NCBI GenBank assembly: GCA_937127245.1
Contig: CAKZLU010000041.1
Location: forward strand, 9,824-73,823
Reading direction: 5' to 3'
Source of the DNA: an uncultured Actinomycetes bacterium
GTDB lineage: Bacteria > Actinomycetota > Geothermincolia > Fen-727 > JACVIW01
DNA length: 64,000 bases
Shown here: positions 1 through 8,818 of the stretch, in pieces
Layout of the letters: each line of letters opens with the position of its first letter
How positions within the stretch are numbered: position 1 is the first letter of the stretch
Position numbers and translations under genes: made by a program
The notes under the pieces: model-generated
Told to the model about the DNA's origin: nothing
Seen by the model: the letters and a program-made list of their open reading frames with translations, nothing else
The model's database searches: none

Positions 1-190
1 CTTTTATGACTTGTGGGTAATGTTGAAGCCATTATTCTATCAAAGAAAAGTCCGAAACCCGATGAAACAAAAATGTAGTTTTAACCCAGTTTCAGGCAGT
101 TAACTCATGCGTTTAATATTTCGATATTAGTTAATGAAAAAGGATTGTAGTAACCTTTGATCCTGGAAAAAAATAGGAGGTTTTTTCGGG

Positions 191-3100
191 ATGTCAGTTG
201 TCAGGGTGCGATATCCTTTGTCTGGGCTGAAGAGATTTGCAATACTCGCATTATCGAGTCTGGTTTTCTTGTTGCTTTGCCTTGCTTTACTCCCGAACGA
301 AGCGACCGCCGCTTTGGGTGCTTGGGATGATGCCAAGATAAAGTGGATGATATATCCAACCTTAGGCAATCCGGCGATTGTCAAAAGTGGAGGATATTTC
401 GACCTTGAGCTTGATCCCAGAAGGGGGGTGTATTATCAAAACCCCTTACCTGTGCTCGAAGAAGTAAGCGTGAATGTTGTTTCCAGTTGTGATAAGTACC
501 CCTACTCCGGGAAGCTGCCCGTTGAGTCATTTGAGGCTGGATATAGCAAACGCTGGCCTGAGTTGAAGCCCGAGACGTCGATCGACAAAAGGATTTACCT
601 CATAAGAGTGCGGGTACCCTATTACGTACCACGCGATCTCTATGATGTTTCGGTTAAAGCAACATTAAAAGGTGGAAAGACGCTGAGCGATTCTCAGCCC
701 CATTCTCTTATGGTTGTTGAATCTTTCAAGAAGCGTTTCTCGTTTGTTCAGTTGTCGGATATACACGTTTTCGGTCCGGAAGTGAGCTATCCAGGTTCCA
801 ATCAGAAAGAAAGGAGCGGAAGACCCCGGTACGAGGGAGACCCCGGTCCTAACCGAAAAGGAGCAATTTATTATAGAAAGGCTATAAATCAGATAAATAT
901 CATGAAACCGGATTTCTGCATTTTTACCGGCGATTATATTTTTGGTCAAAAGTATTTCACTAAAGACCAGGGAGAGCCCTGGGGCACCACCACGGAATAT
1001 GAGTATGAGATGCTCTGGTTTTACGAGGAAACGCTCAAGCTGGAGGTTCCCGTCTTCATGGTTTTGGGAAATCACGACGGATATTACGAAAGCAGTTACG
1101 GGGCGGGCGAGGACTGGCAGGAAAACTGGAAAAGGATGTTTGGTCCTCTCTACTATACCTTCGATTACGGTGACGCAAGATTCTTCGTTTTGAACTCCCT
1201 CGACTGGGCTATGACCGATAGGAGCCTCTTCGATTGGTTAGGCATAATACTCCAACCTCGGAAATATAAAGGTCAGCTAAGAGGAGGAGGGGACCCCTGG
1301 GAGAGCGGAATCAGTGAGGAACGTTTTGCGCAGATAGATGAAAAGAAATTTACCGGGCAACTTGCATGGTTGAGGGATGAACTCAAGGCAAGCAAGGATA
1401 AAGCAATCAGAATATGCGCCATGCATCATGACCCCTTCAAAGATAACGGCAGCGGTTCCATGTGGGAGGATGATTTTTTGGGAATGGGTGGAGGTCAGGG
1501 AAGGCTTGCGGTGATGAAGCTTATGAGAGACTACAATGTGGCTCTCGAAATCAGCGGGCACGATCACTCAGACTATGTGGGTTCTATGAAATGGTCTGAC
1601 GGAAAAGGAAACGTTCTCTTTGTTAACACCACCTCAACATCTTTCCAGTCTGACGGGAACTCAGATGTTTATCCAGGATACAGGAGGATCTGGATAAACG
1701 GAGACAAGGTGGAGAGTTTCAACTACCTCGACCCGAAGTTTTCGTATCCTTTCTACAAGGGAACCAACGTGGGCGGCACTACTAATCTCGGATCTTTGGT
1801 AACCCCTGCGATTGAAACAAGCTGGAGTCCCGGTGCTCCTGGAAATTATAAAGACGTGACCTGCACCGTGGTAAACAATCTATCAAAATCGCTACCGGGC
1901 GCTTATCTTGAGTACCCCATGCCGCACCTGTCTAATGGATATTACTACAAAGTAAGTAACGGTCGATTAGGCGATATTTACGACGTTACCGTATCAGGCG
2001 TGAAGAAAAGGGTCTATCAGGTTTATGCGGATGTTGACGAGGTTGGGACCAAGAGTGTGAGGCTGTCTGTTAGTTCAAGCCCCGACAAAAAAGCGCCTAC
2101 GGCTTCAATCTTGATAAATGACGGTGCGAAAACGACCACTTCCAGGAGTGTGAATTTGTCTTTGAAAGCGCGCGACGGCGAGTCCGGTTTGATGGGAATG
2201 ATGATCTCAAATTACCCTGATTTTAGGGGCGCCAAGTGGGAGCGATTCCAGACAAGGAAAGAGTGGAAACTGGCTTCCGGTGAATCGGGCAGGCGGACTG
2301 TTTACGCAAGATTTGCCGATTGCGCGATGCCCTCCAACGTAACCGAGGTCAAGGCCACAATAATCTACGTTAGTACGTCAGGAAACGAAGGACCTTCCTC
2401 AAACTGGTACTTTGCCGAAGGGTGCACAAGGGATGGATTTGAAGAGTGGCTGACAATCCAGAACCCGTTTGAGGACGTTTGCGATGTTGACATAACTTTC
2501 ATGCTGGAAAACGGGGAAAATATACCCCTTAGCCTTACCTTGGATGGCACGAGCCGTTACACACTGAACGTTAATCAAGTGGTCGGTCCGGAAAGGGATG
2601 TGTCTTTGGTCTTAGAATCGAGCCTTCCCGTATACGCTGAAAGACCATTGTATTTCAACTATCAAAAAATGTGGCGGGGTGGAGACGTTGTCGTTGGCGC
2701 AAGGAAGCCGCTTACCAGGTGGTATTTTGCTGAAGGGTGCACGAGGGAAATTCCGGGCTCAGCCAATTTTCACACATGGTTTTGCGTTCTCAACCCACAG
2801 CCTAACCAAGCAAAGGTCAAGCTAACTTATATGCTTTCAACGGGTGAGACGAGGGAGACAAATTGCGTAATTGCGCCGAAATCAAGAAAGACAATTTGCG
2901 CCAACTGGGAAATCGGACCAGGACATGATTTTTCAACCGTTGTGGAAGCTTCGCTTCCCGTTGTTTGCGAACGCCCCGTATATTTTGACTACGGGGGCGT
3001 AATTTTCGGCGGTCACAACGTAATGGGGATCAAAGATTCCTCAAGGGAATGGTACTTCGCGGAGGGAACGACTAACTATCGGTTCGATAATTATTTGTGC

Positions 3101-3658
3101 ATCCAGAATCCTTCAGATTATGAGGCGCAGGTAAAGATTGAGTACAGGCTAAAAACCGGTGACAGGAAGCTCAGAGAGATTTCGGTTTCCCCGAAGAGCA
3201 GATACACCCATTTTCTGAACAGCGACCTCGCGCCGGGTGAGGATTTCTCGCTCGCCGTTTTTTCAGATGTCCCGGTTCTTGCGGAACGCCCCGTTTATTT
3301 CATCTATGGTCCATCCCTGGACGGCGGGCACTGCGTTACGGGAATAAATATGCCCAGGACCGAGTTCTTTTTTGCTGAAGGATGCACGCGTGACAATTTT
3401 GAGGAATGGTTGTGTATTCAGAATGCCACCGAGCGCAAAGCGAAGGTGAAGATCGACTATATGCTTGGAAATTCTGAGACGAGAACGCAGGAAATTGAGG
3501 TAAATCCCTATTCTCGATACACGGTTAGCGTTAACGCCTTTCTGGGCGGTGAATATGATGTGTCAGTAAGAGTAAGATCCGACCGTGACCTTGTGGTTGA
3601 AAGACCGATATATTTTCTCTATGGCGCAAAATGGGCAGGGGGTCATTGCGCCATTTAA
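191..3658 (+). CDS. Secreted multidomain protein: N-terminal signal peptide, calcineurin-like metallophosphoesterase domain, and four C-terminal tandem ~105-aa repeats
   Basis: GGAGG RBS at 175-179, 11 nt before the ATG. N-terminus MSVVRVRYPLSGLKRFAILALSSLVFLLLCLALLPNEATA-ALG looks like a signal peptide with an AxA cleavage site. Metallophosphoesterase motifs are LSDIHVFG (D-x-H), FTGDYIFG (GD), VLGNHDG (GNHD), AMHHDP and ISGHDHSDY (GHxH). The C-terminal third is four repeats, each starting W/F-YFAEG-C/T-T and ending ERP-V/L/I-YF. Confidence 0.85.
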   Translation: MSVVRVRYPLSGLKRFAILALSSLVFLLLCLALLPNEATAALGAWDDAKIKWMIYPTLGNPAIVKSGGYFDLELDPRRGVYYQNPLPVLEEVSVNVVSSCDKYPYSGKLPVESFEAGYSKRWPELKPETSIDKRIYLIRVRVPYYVPRDLYDVSVKATLKGGKTLSDSQPHSLMVVESFKKRFSFVQLSDIHVFGPEVSYPGSNQKERSGRPRYEGDPGPNRKGAIYYRKAINQINIMKPDFCIFTGDYIFGQKYFTKDQGEPWGTTTEYEYEMLWFYEETLKLEVPVFMVLGNHDGYYESSYGAGEDWQENWKRMFGPLYYTFDYGDARFFVLNSLDWAMTDRSLFDWLGIILQPRKYKGQLRGGGDPWESGISEERFAQIDEKKFTGQLAWLRDELKASKDKAIRICAMHHDPFKDNGSGSMWEDDFLGMGGGQGRLAVMKLMRDYNVALEISGHDHSDYVGSMKWSDGKGNVLFVNTTSTSFQSDGNSDVYPGYRRIWINGDKVESFNYLDPKFSYPFYKGTNVGGTTNLGSLVTPAIETSWSPGAPGNYKDVTCTVVNNLSKSLPGAYLEYPMPHLSNGYYYKVSNGRLGDIYDVTVSGVKKRVYQVYADVDEVGTKSVRLSVSSSPDKKAPTASILINDGAKTTTSRSVNLSLKARDGESGLMGMMISNYPDFRGAKWERFQTRKEWKLASGESGRRTVYARFADCAMPSNVTEVKATIIYVSTSGNEGPSSNWYFAEGCTRDGFEEWLTIQNPFEDVCDVDITFMLENGENIPLSLTLDGTSRYTLNVNQVVGPERDVSLVLESSLPVYAERPLYFNYQKMWRGGDVVVGARKPLTRWYFAEGCTREIPGSANFHTWFCVLNPQPNQAKVKLTYMLSTGETRETNCVIAPKSRKTICANWEIGPGHDFSTVVEASLPVVCERPVYFDYGGVIFGGHNVMGIKDSSREWYFAEGTTNYRFDNYLCIQNPSDYEAQVKIEYRLKTGDRKLREISVSPKSRYTHFLNSDLAPGEDFSLAVFSDVPVLAERPVYFIYGPSLDGGHCVTGINMPRTEFFFAEGCTRDNFEEWLCIQNATERKAKVKIDYMLGNSETRTQEIEVNPYSRYTVSVNAFLGGEYDVSVRVRSDRDLVVERPIYFLYGAKWAGGHCAI
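2404..3655 (+). repeat. Four in-frame tandem coding repeats of ~315-327 nt (~105-109 aa) inside the 191-3658 CDS
   Basis: Repeat units start near nt 2404 (NWYFAEGCTRDGFEEWLTIQNP), 2718 (RWYFAEGCTREIPG...FCVLNP), 3045 (EWYFAEGTTNYRFDNYLCIQNP) and 3362 (EFFFAEGCTRDNFEEWLCIQNA). Each unit has a conserved C-x-Q/L-N-P, then K-V/I-K-I/L-x-Y-M/R-L, then ERPxYF-x-YG. Confidence 0.7.
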
Positions 3659-3808
3659 ATTGCGCAGTTTAAACTTTTTCAATGCCCCGTTTGAATCTCC
3701 CCTTCGCATGAGGAAAAGAAGTGTTCGGGAATAGAGAAAGCATTGGAATCTTTTTGATTCATTAGTTGTTTCTTCGAGTCAGCTATCTATAGTGATATTC
3801 TATAAACT

Positions 3809-4240
3809 ATGAGCAGTGAAAAAGAATCGCCATATTTCCTTTTTGAGCAAGGAAAGAAATTACTTGAAGAGGGTCATCCCGCTCAGGCTGCAATGGTTTT
3901 GGAGAAAGCGAGGGAGGATTTCCCCAAAAAAGGGTCTATTCTCGAGGTTTTAGGCAGGGCATATTACACTTACGGCAGATACGACGAGGCTGCCTTACGT
4001 TTTGAAGAGGCTGTTGAGGTTGACCCCACAAATGACTACGCCCACTACTGCCTGGGTCGGTGTTATCTTAAACTCAAGAGAAAAAGTGAGGCCGGTAAGC
4101 ATTTCAAGCTTGCCTGGAACCTGAAACCGTGTGAGATGTACAGACAGGAAGCCCTGCGATTCGGAGCGGTCTTTAACCGACCGTACCCGGGCCCAGCGGA
4201 AACGGAGTTTGACCAGAATCGTGACCCGGAGAATTTTTGA
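3809..4240 (+). CDS. Tetratricopeptide (TPR) repeat protein
   Basis: TPR-like helices are visible in AAMVLEKAREDFPKKGSILEVLGRAYYTYGRYDEAALRFEEAVEVDPTNDYAHYCLGRCYLKLKRKSEA. The stop overlaps the next gene's start (ATGA). Confidence 0.65.
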   Translation: MSSEKESPYFLFEQGKKLLEEGHPAQAAMVLEKAREDFPKKGSILEVLGRAYYTYGRYDEAALRFEEAVEVDPTNDYAHYCLGRCYLKLKRKSEAGKHFKLAWNLKPCEMYRQEALRFGAVFNRPYPGPAETEFDQNRDPENF

Positions 4241-5064
4241 GATGGAGGTATCGGGATTTGAGGGAAGAGGACCTGAGAAATTTCAAGGGTCTGATAATCG
4301 ATCTTGATGGAGTAGTTTATCTTCTTAACGAAGCAGTACCGGGTTCACCGGAAGCCATAGCCGAAATCCAGCAATGCGAAATCCCCTTTGTTTTTCTGAC
4401 TAACAATTCTTCAGCGACTCCAGAGCAGTATTCGAATAAACTTGCCGGCTTCGGTATAAAGGTTTCGCCGGAACAGGTAGTCACATCCTCTCAGGCGGTC
4501 AGGAAGTATCTTCAAGAAAAGATAGGAAATCGAAAAGCGAGCGCTTTCGTTATTGGCGAAATAGGTCTGGTAAGCGAAGTCGAGAAGGTCGGCTTGATCA
4601 TTCTGAACGGTGAAGAGAGCTCCGATGCCGACGTGGTTGTCGTGGGTTGCGACAGGCATTTTGACTACGCAAAGCTTAAAGCGGCTGTCGTGGCGATCAG
4701 AAATGGTGCATTGTACATAGCCTCAAACGCTGACGCCACTTACCCGACCCCGAACGGTCTCTGGCCCGGCGCGGGAGCGATAGTTGCCGCCGTAACCACG
4801 GGCGCGGGTAGGGAACCTTTCATCGCGGGGAAGCCGAACAGACTGATTGTTGAACTTGCGTTGGAAAGGCTTGGTACATCGCCCCAGGATACTCTTCTCA
4901 TTGGCGACAGGCTTGATACTGACATCAAAGCAGGTGTCTCGGCAGGCGTAAAAACAGCGCTCGTACTTACAGGGGTTTCAAAGGAAGAGGAAATTGTAAA
5001 GACGGGAATACGTCCCGATTTCGTTTGCGCAAGCCTAAGCGCTTTGGTTAACTTTAAATGTTAG
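4237..5064 (+). CDS. HAD-superfamily hydrolase, subfamily IIA (NagD/p-nitrophenyl phosphatase-like)
   Basis: Motif I is [10 protein letters not shown] (DxDG). The protein also carries FLTNNS and the C-terminal [14 protein letters not shown] motif typical of HAD-IIA. Confidence 0.8.
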   Translation: MRWRYRDLREEDLRNFKGLIIDLDGVVYLLNEAVPGSPEAIAEIQQCEIPFVFLTNNSSATPEQYSNKLAGFGIKVSPEQVVTSSQAVRKYLQEKIGNRKASAFVIGEIGLVSEVEKVGLIILNGEESSDADVVVVGCDRHFDYAKLKAAVVAIRNGALYIASNADATYPTPNGLWPGAGAIVAAVTTGAGREPFIAGKPNRLIVELALERLGTSPQDTLLIGDRLDTDIKAGVSAGVKTALVLTGVSKEEEIVKTGIRPDFVCASLSALVNFKC

Positions 5065-5095
5065 AATTTCTTCGTTCGTTTGGATTGGACTTGAG

Positions 5096-6403
5096 GTGGT
5101 GAAGGAATTGTACAACCCTGAAATCGAAGCAATGCCGCGCGATGAACTTAAAGAACTTCAGCTTGAGCGCTTGAAGCAGGTTGTCAAGCGCTGCGAGGAG
5201 ATGGTTCCTTTTTACAGAAAGAGGCTCAGGGATGCGGGCGTCAGCTGGAAGGATATCAACTCCCTTGAAGACCTTAGGCAAATTCCTTTCACAACTAAGG
5301 ATGACCTTAGAGATAACTATCCATTTGGAATGTTCGCTGTGCCAATGAGAGAAATAGTGAGGATTCACGCATCTTCCGGAACCACGGGCATACCAACCGT
5401 TGTGGGTTACACTCATTGCGACATTGAAACATGGGCTGAGTTGATGGCAAGGGCTTTGGTCGCCGGGAGGACTGAAAAATCTGACATTGTCCAGGTGGCT
5501 TACGGTTATGGTCTTTTTACAGGAGGACTCGGATTCCATTACGGGGTTGAACGTCTGGGAGCCTCTGTCATTCCGATTTCCGGCGGTAACACAAAAAGGC
5601 AGATTCGAATGATGGTTGATCTTGGCACAACGGTGCTCTGTTGCACTCCCTCGTACGCTTTGTTTATGGCGGAAACAGCTGAGGAGATGGGCGTTAATTT
5701 CAAAGAGCTGAGACTGAAATCGGGTATTTTCGGAGCGGAGCCCTGGAGTGATAGGATGAGGGAAAAGATTGAGCGGATACTCAATCTCTCGGCTTTCGAC
5801 ATATATGGCCTTTCAGAAGTAATGGGTCCCGGCGTCGCGATTGAATGCGATAACAAGCAGGGCTTGCATATTTTTGAGGACGCGTTTATCCCCGAAATCA
5901 TAGACCCCGATACCGGTGAGGTTTTGTCCCCCGGTGAAAAAGGCGAACTCGTTTTCACAACTCTAACAAAAGAAGGCATGCCTCTTTTGCGGTATCGCAC
6001 AAGGGATATAAGCGCTTTAGACGATAGCCCCTGCCCGTGTTGTAGAACCCACGTCAGGATGAAAAGAATAAGCGGCAGAACTGACGATATGCTCATAATC
6101 AGAGGGATCAACGTTTTCCCCTCCCAGATAGAATCGGTACTAATGAACATAGAGGGTCTATCACCGCATTACCAGCTGGTGGTTGATAGGGTTGGTGGTC
6201 TTGATATCTTGGAGGTGCAGGTCGAGGTTACCGAGGAAATGTTCTCCGACAGGATTCGCGGACTTGAAGAATGGGAAGAGGTAATACAGTCCGAGATCGA
6301 GAGTTATCTCGGGATCTCGGTAAAGGTCACGCTCGTTGAGCCCAGGACAATAGCGCGCAGCGAGGGGAAAGCCGTAAGGGTCATAGACAACAGGGAAATT
6401 TGA
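5096..6403 (+). CDS. paaK: Phenylacetate-CoA ligase family (PaaK / coenzyme F390 synthetase-like adenylate-forming enzyme)
   Basis: [27 protein letters not shown] (AMP-binding P-loop) and the overall PaaK layout, including the N-terminal ...[14 protein letters not shown]. The start is GTG at 5096; ATG at 5132 is an alternative. Confidence 0.85.
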   Translation: MVKELYNPEIEAMPRDELKELQLERLKQVVKRCEEMVPFYRKRLRDAGVSWKDINSLEDLRQIPFTTKDDLRDNYPFGMFAVPMREIVRIHASSGTTGIPTVVGYTHCDIETWAELMARALVAGRTEKSDIVQVAYGYGLFTGGLGFHYGVERLGASVIPISGGNTKRQIRMMVDLGTTVLCCTPSYALFMAETAEEMGVNFKELRLKSGIFGAEPWSDRMREKIERILNLSAFDIYGLSEVMGPGVAIECDNKQGLHIFEDAFIPEIIDPDTGEVLSPGEKGELVFTTLTKEGMPLLRYRTRDISALDDSPCPCCRTHVRMKRISGRTDDMLIIRGINVFPSQIESVLMNIEGLSPHYQLVVDRVGGLDILEVQVEVTEEMFSDRIRGLEEWEEVIQSEIESYLGISVKVTLVEPRTIARSEGKAVRVIDNREI

Positions 6404-6849
6404 TTGGGGTGAGACCGATGACAGTCAGGCAAATATCGGTTTTTCTTGAGAACAAGTCCGGCAGACTTCTGGAGTTGACAAGGTGTTTGGGTGACGCGGG
6501 GATAAACATCAGGGCTCTTTGCGTCGCTGACACGATGGATTTCGGGGTAATAAGGCTCATCGTTGACGATCCCGACAAAGCTCATGAAACCTTGAGGTCG
6601 GCCGGCTTCACCGTTAAGGAGGCAATAGTCTTCGCCGTTGAGGTTGACGACAGGCCCGGCGGGCTCGCCAATGTGTTGAAACCGCTTGTAGATCAAGAGA
6701 TAAACGTTGAGTATCTTTACTGTTTTCTTGAGAAAGCCGCTGATAACGCGATTGTTATCATCAGAGTTGAGGAGGCAGAACAGGCAATCGGCGCATTAAA
6801 GGCGGCAGGCTTTAGGGTGATTCCTCCTGAAGAGCTGTACTCGATGTGA
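6400..6849 (+). CDS. ACT-domain protein (PaaK-associated small regulatory protein)
   Basis: [44 protein letters not shown] is a beta-alpha-beta-beta-alpha-beta ACT fold signature, present twice. The start overlaps the paaK stop by 4 nt. Confidence 0.75.
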   Translation: MIGVRPMTVRQISVFLENKSGRLLELTRCLGDAGINIRALCVADTMDFGVIRLIVDDPDKAHETLRSAGFTVKEAIVFAVEVDDRPGGLANVLKPLVDQEINVEYLYCFLEKAADNAIVIIRVEEAEQAIGALKAAGFRVIPPEELYSM

Positions 6850-6855
6850 TGTCCC

Positions 6856-7275
6856 ATGGGTGTGGTCACCGGCACAATAGAGGTCAAAACCAGTGGCAAC
6901 TGCGACGTGATCGATATCACGGGGGAAGTTTCAAAAGTTGTTAGAGATTCCGGCCTGAAAAACGGGGTTGTCACCATTTTCGTTCCGGGTTCAACAGCCG
7001 GAATAACCACCGTTGAGTACGAACCCGGTTTGGTCGAGGACATTTCGGAGCTTTTCGAAAGGATTGCGCCGGCTGGCAAAAATTACCACCACAACCTGAG
7101 GTGGCGTGATGGCAACGGTCATTCTCATGTGAGAGCGGCGCTTATGGGACCATCGCTGAGCGTTCCTTTTAATGAGGGCAAGCTGTTGCTTGGCATCTGG
7201 CAGCAGATAGTCTTTGTGGATTTTGACAACCGCTCAAGACAGAGGGAACTTTTCTGCCAGATTATAGGTGAGTGA
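6856..7275 (+). CDS. YjbQ/UPF0047 family protein (secondary thiamine-phosphate synthase-like)
   Basis: GVVTIFVPGSTAGITTVEYEPGLVEDISELFERIAP...HSHVRAALMGPSLSVPFNEGKLLLGIWQQIVFVDFD matches the conserved YjbQ core. Confidence 0.75.
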   Translation: MGVVTGTIEVKTSGNCDVIDITGEVSKVVRDSGLKNGVVTIFVPGSTAGITTVEYEPGLVEDISELFERIAPAGKNYHHNLRWRDGNGHSHVRAALMGPSLSVPFNEGKLLLGIWQQIVFVDFDNRSRQRELFCQIIGE

Positions 7276-7355
7276 TTCTCTAGGCTCTCTTATTCCTTCC
7301 GCATTGAGCGTTCGTCACGGTCAGAATTGACTGCACGTGGGGGAAAGCCCAAATT

Positions 7356-8531
7356 TCAAGAAGCGTCAATCTCCTTGATAATAGCGAGCGCTAAGCTCTT
7401 CACTTTGTCAAGCAATGATTGGTCTATTACGTCGTATGTGTCGTTTCGACTCCTCCAGCCAGGGTAGGTAGAGCCACTCATTGCGCAGATTGTAATGGCG
7501 CTTATGCCTCTCGCTTGGGCAACCATTGCGTCGCTCTTTTTTACCCTGCAGGAACTGAAACCAATGTCTGATCCAATTGATCTTGCTGCTTTCTTCGATA
7601 TTTTCTTAAGCTTCTTGCCCGGGCTGAAACCGAATATGGGTCCTTCCCTTTTCAAAAGGCGTATCTCCCCGCGACCAGGGTGGTCTATGTTTAGCACATA
7701 GGCGCCTTTCAACGTTTTCCTATTCTTTTTAATGAGTTCAACCATACCGCGTCCGCCGGCGAATCCCCTTGCTGTGGCGACAAACCAGACTTCCGTGTTC
7801 TCGAAAGGTGATTGATTGATTCCTTCAAGAAGAGAAAGCATGACAGCGACGCCGGCGGCATTGTCATTAGCCCCCGGAGAGGTCCTTCCGAAAATTTCAC
7901 CCCAAGAGAGGATAATGGTAAAAATTAATATGTAGCCTGCTAAAGGTGATGAAAAATACCAGATAACCCTCAGTATCCTCGAGCTGAATTTTGCCAGCTC
8001 CCCTGCGATACCGACAACGCTGACCCCTGTTAACCCCAGGATACATAGAAAGAGAAGGATGTACATGAATCGGTAAGCTCTGGCCAGCGTTCTGTTTCCG
8101 AAAGGAGATGTTCTCGAACTATCGTAATTGGCAGTGAGGATAACCCTCTTAGGGAATTTCAGATTATTCTCATTTTTAGGGGGTACTATTTGTATCAGGT
8201 TTGTCGCTCTGCGGCGGGGAAGCATTTTGGATATCAAAGCCCATGAGTATGTTTCCATCTGGAAAACAATGAAAGCAACAGAGGCGAGAAGAAAGGAAAT
8301 TCTCGGCGCTGGCAGGAAGAGGATATAAGCGATGACGCTAAAAGCAAGTATTATTATCAGTGAGGGGATGTCCGAGCGCCAGCAGGAGAAGTGCTGCAGC
8401 CGAATTTCCCTATCCGTTTTCTTCATCACGCTGGCAATATAAATTGACGCGGCTCGTTCGCCCTCCGAGCCACCCTCCCTGCTGCCGATTCTTTTAGATA
8501 GATAAAGAACGTGTCTACCCGGGGGACTCAT
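7356..8531 (-). CDS. M28-family Zn peptidase with an internal block of transmembrane helices
   Basis: GANDNAAGVAVMLSLLEGI is the M28 metal-binding motif, and the N-terminal segment is M28-like. Four or five hydrophobic helices (LIIILAFSVIAYILFL, FLLASVAFIVF, FMYILLFLCILGLTGVSVVGIAG, LAGYILIFTIILSW) sit in the position where the PA domain occurs in other M28 enzymes. Confidence 0.7.
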   Translation of the reverse strand: MSPPGRHVLYLSKRIGSREGGSEGERAASIYIASVMKKTDREIRLQHFSCWRSDIPSLIIILAFSVIAYILFLPAPRISFLLASVAFIVFQMETYSWALISKMLPRRRATNLIQIVPPKNENNLKFPKRVILTANYDSSRTSPFGNRTLARAYRFMYILLFLCILGLTGVSVVGIAGELAKFSSRILRVIWYFSSPLAGYILIFTIILSWGEIFGRTSPGANDNAAGVAVMLSLLEGINQSPFENTEVWFVATARGFAGGRGMVELIKKNRKTLKGAYVLNIDHPGRGEIRLLKREGPIFGFSPGKKLKKISKKAARSIGSDIGFSSCRVKKSDAMVAQARGISAITICAMSGSTYPGWRSRNDTYDVIDQSLLDKVKSLALAIIKEIDAS

Positions 8532-8818
8532 GCGCGTATTCTAACACAGCGTCCTGCGTTAACGTTAAAATGATTTTCACTTAGTGAACGGACGCTAACC
8601 CGATGTTTGGGGAATTCCTCGCGCAAGATATGCTGATGGTTTCCAATAAACGGTCCACTCTTTTACGGATACTGGCGAAAGAGTACTCCAAGGCTCGATT
8701 CTTGTTTGCCGTTATATGAGAATATAGAATTGAACATCGGTTTTTTTGATAATCGCAAGCTTTCTATGATGATGAAATTAGTCCAAGTTTGATGTAAGTT
8801 TGTTTCTGGTGGTTTTAT

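Noticed and set aside
48-70. aaagtccgaaaccc resembling the RNase P RNA P4 strand (GAAAGUCCGGGCUCC).
   Set aside because: The match is short, the surroundings are AT-rich with no further RNase P conserved regions, and it is at the window edge.
8532-8818. Possible TPP riboswitch or T-box in the 287-nt leader upstream of dxs.
   Set aside because: No CUGAGA/ACCUGAUCUGGAUAAUGCCAGCG-type TPP core and no T-box (AGGGUGGNACCGCG) sequence is present. There is only a weak TTGTTT-17-TAGAAT promoter-like element.
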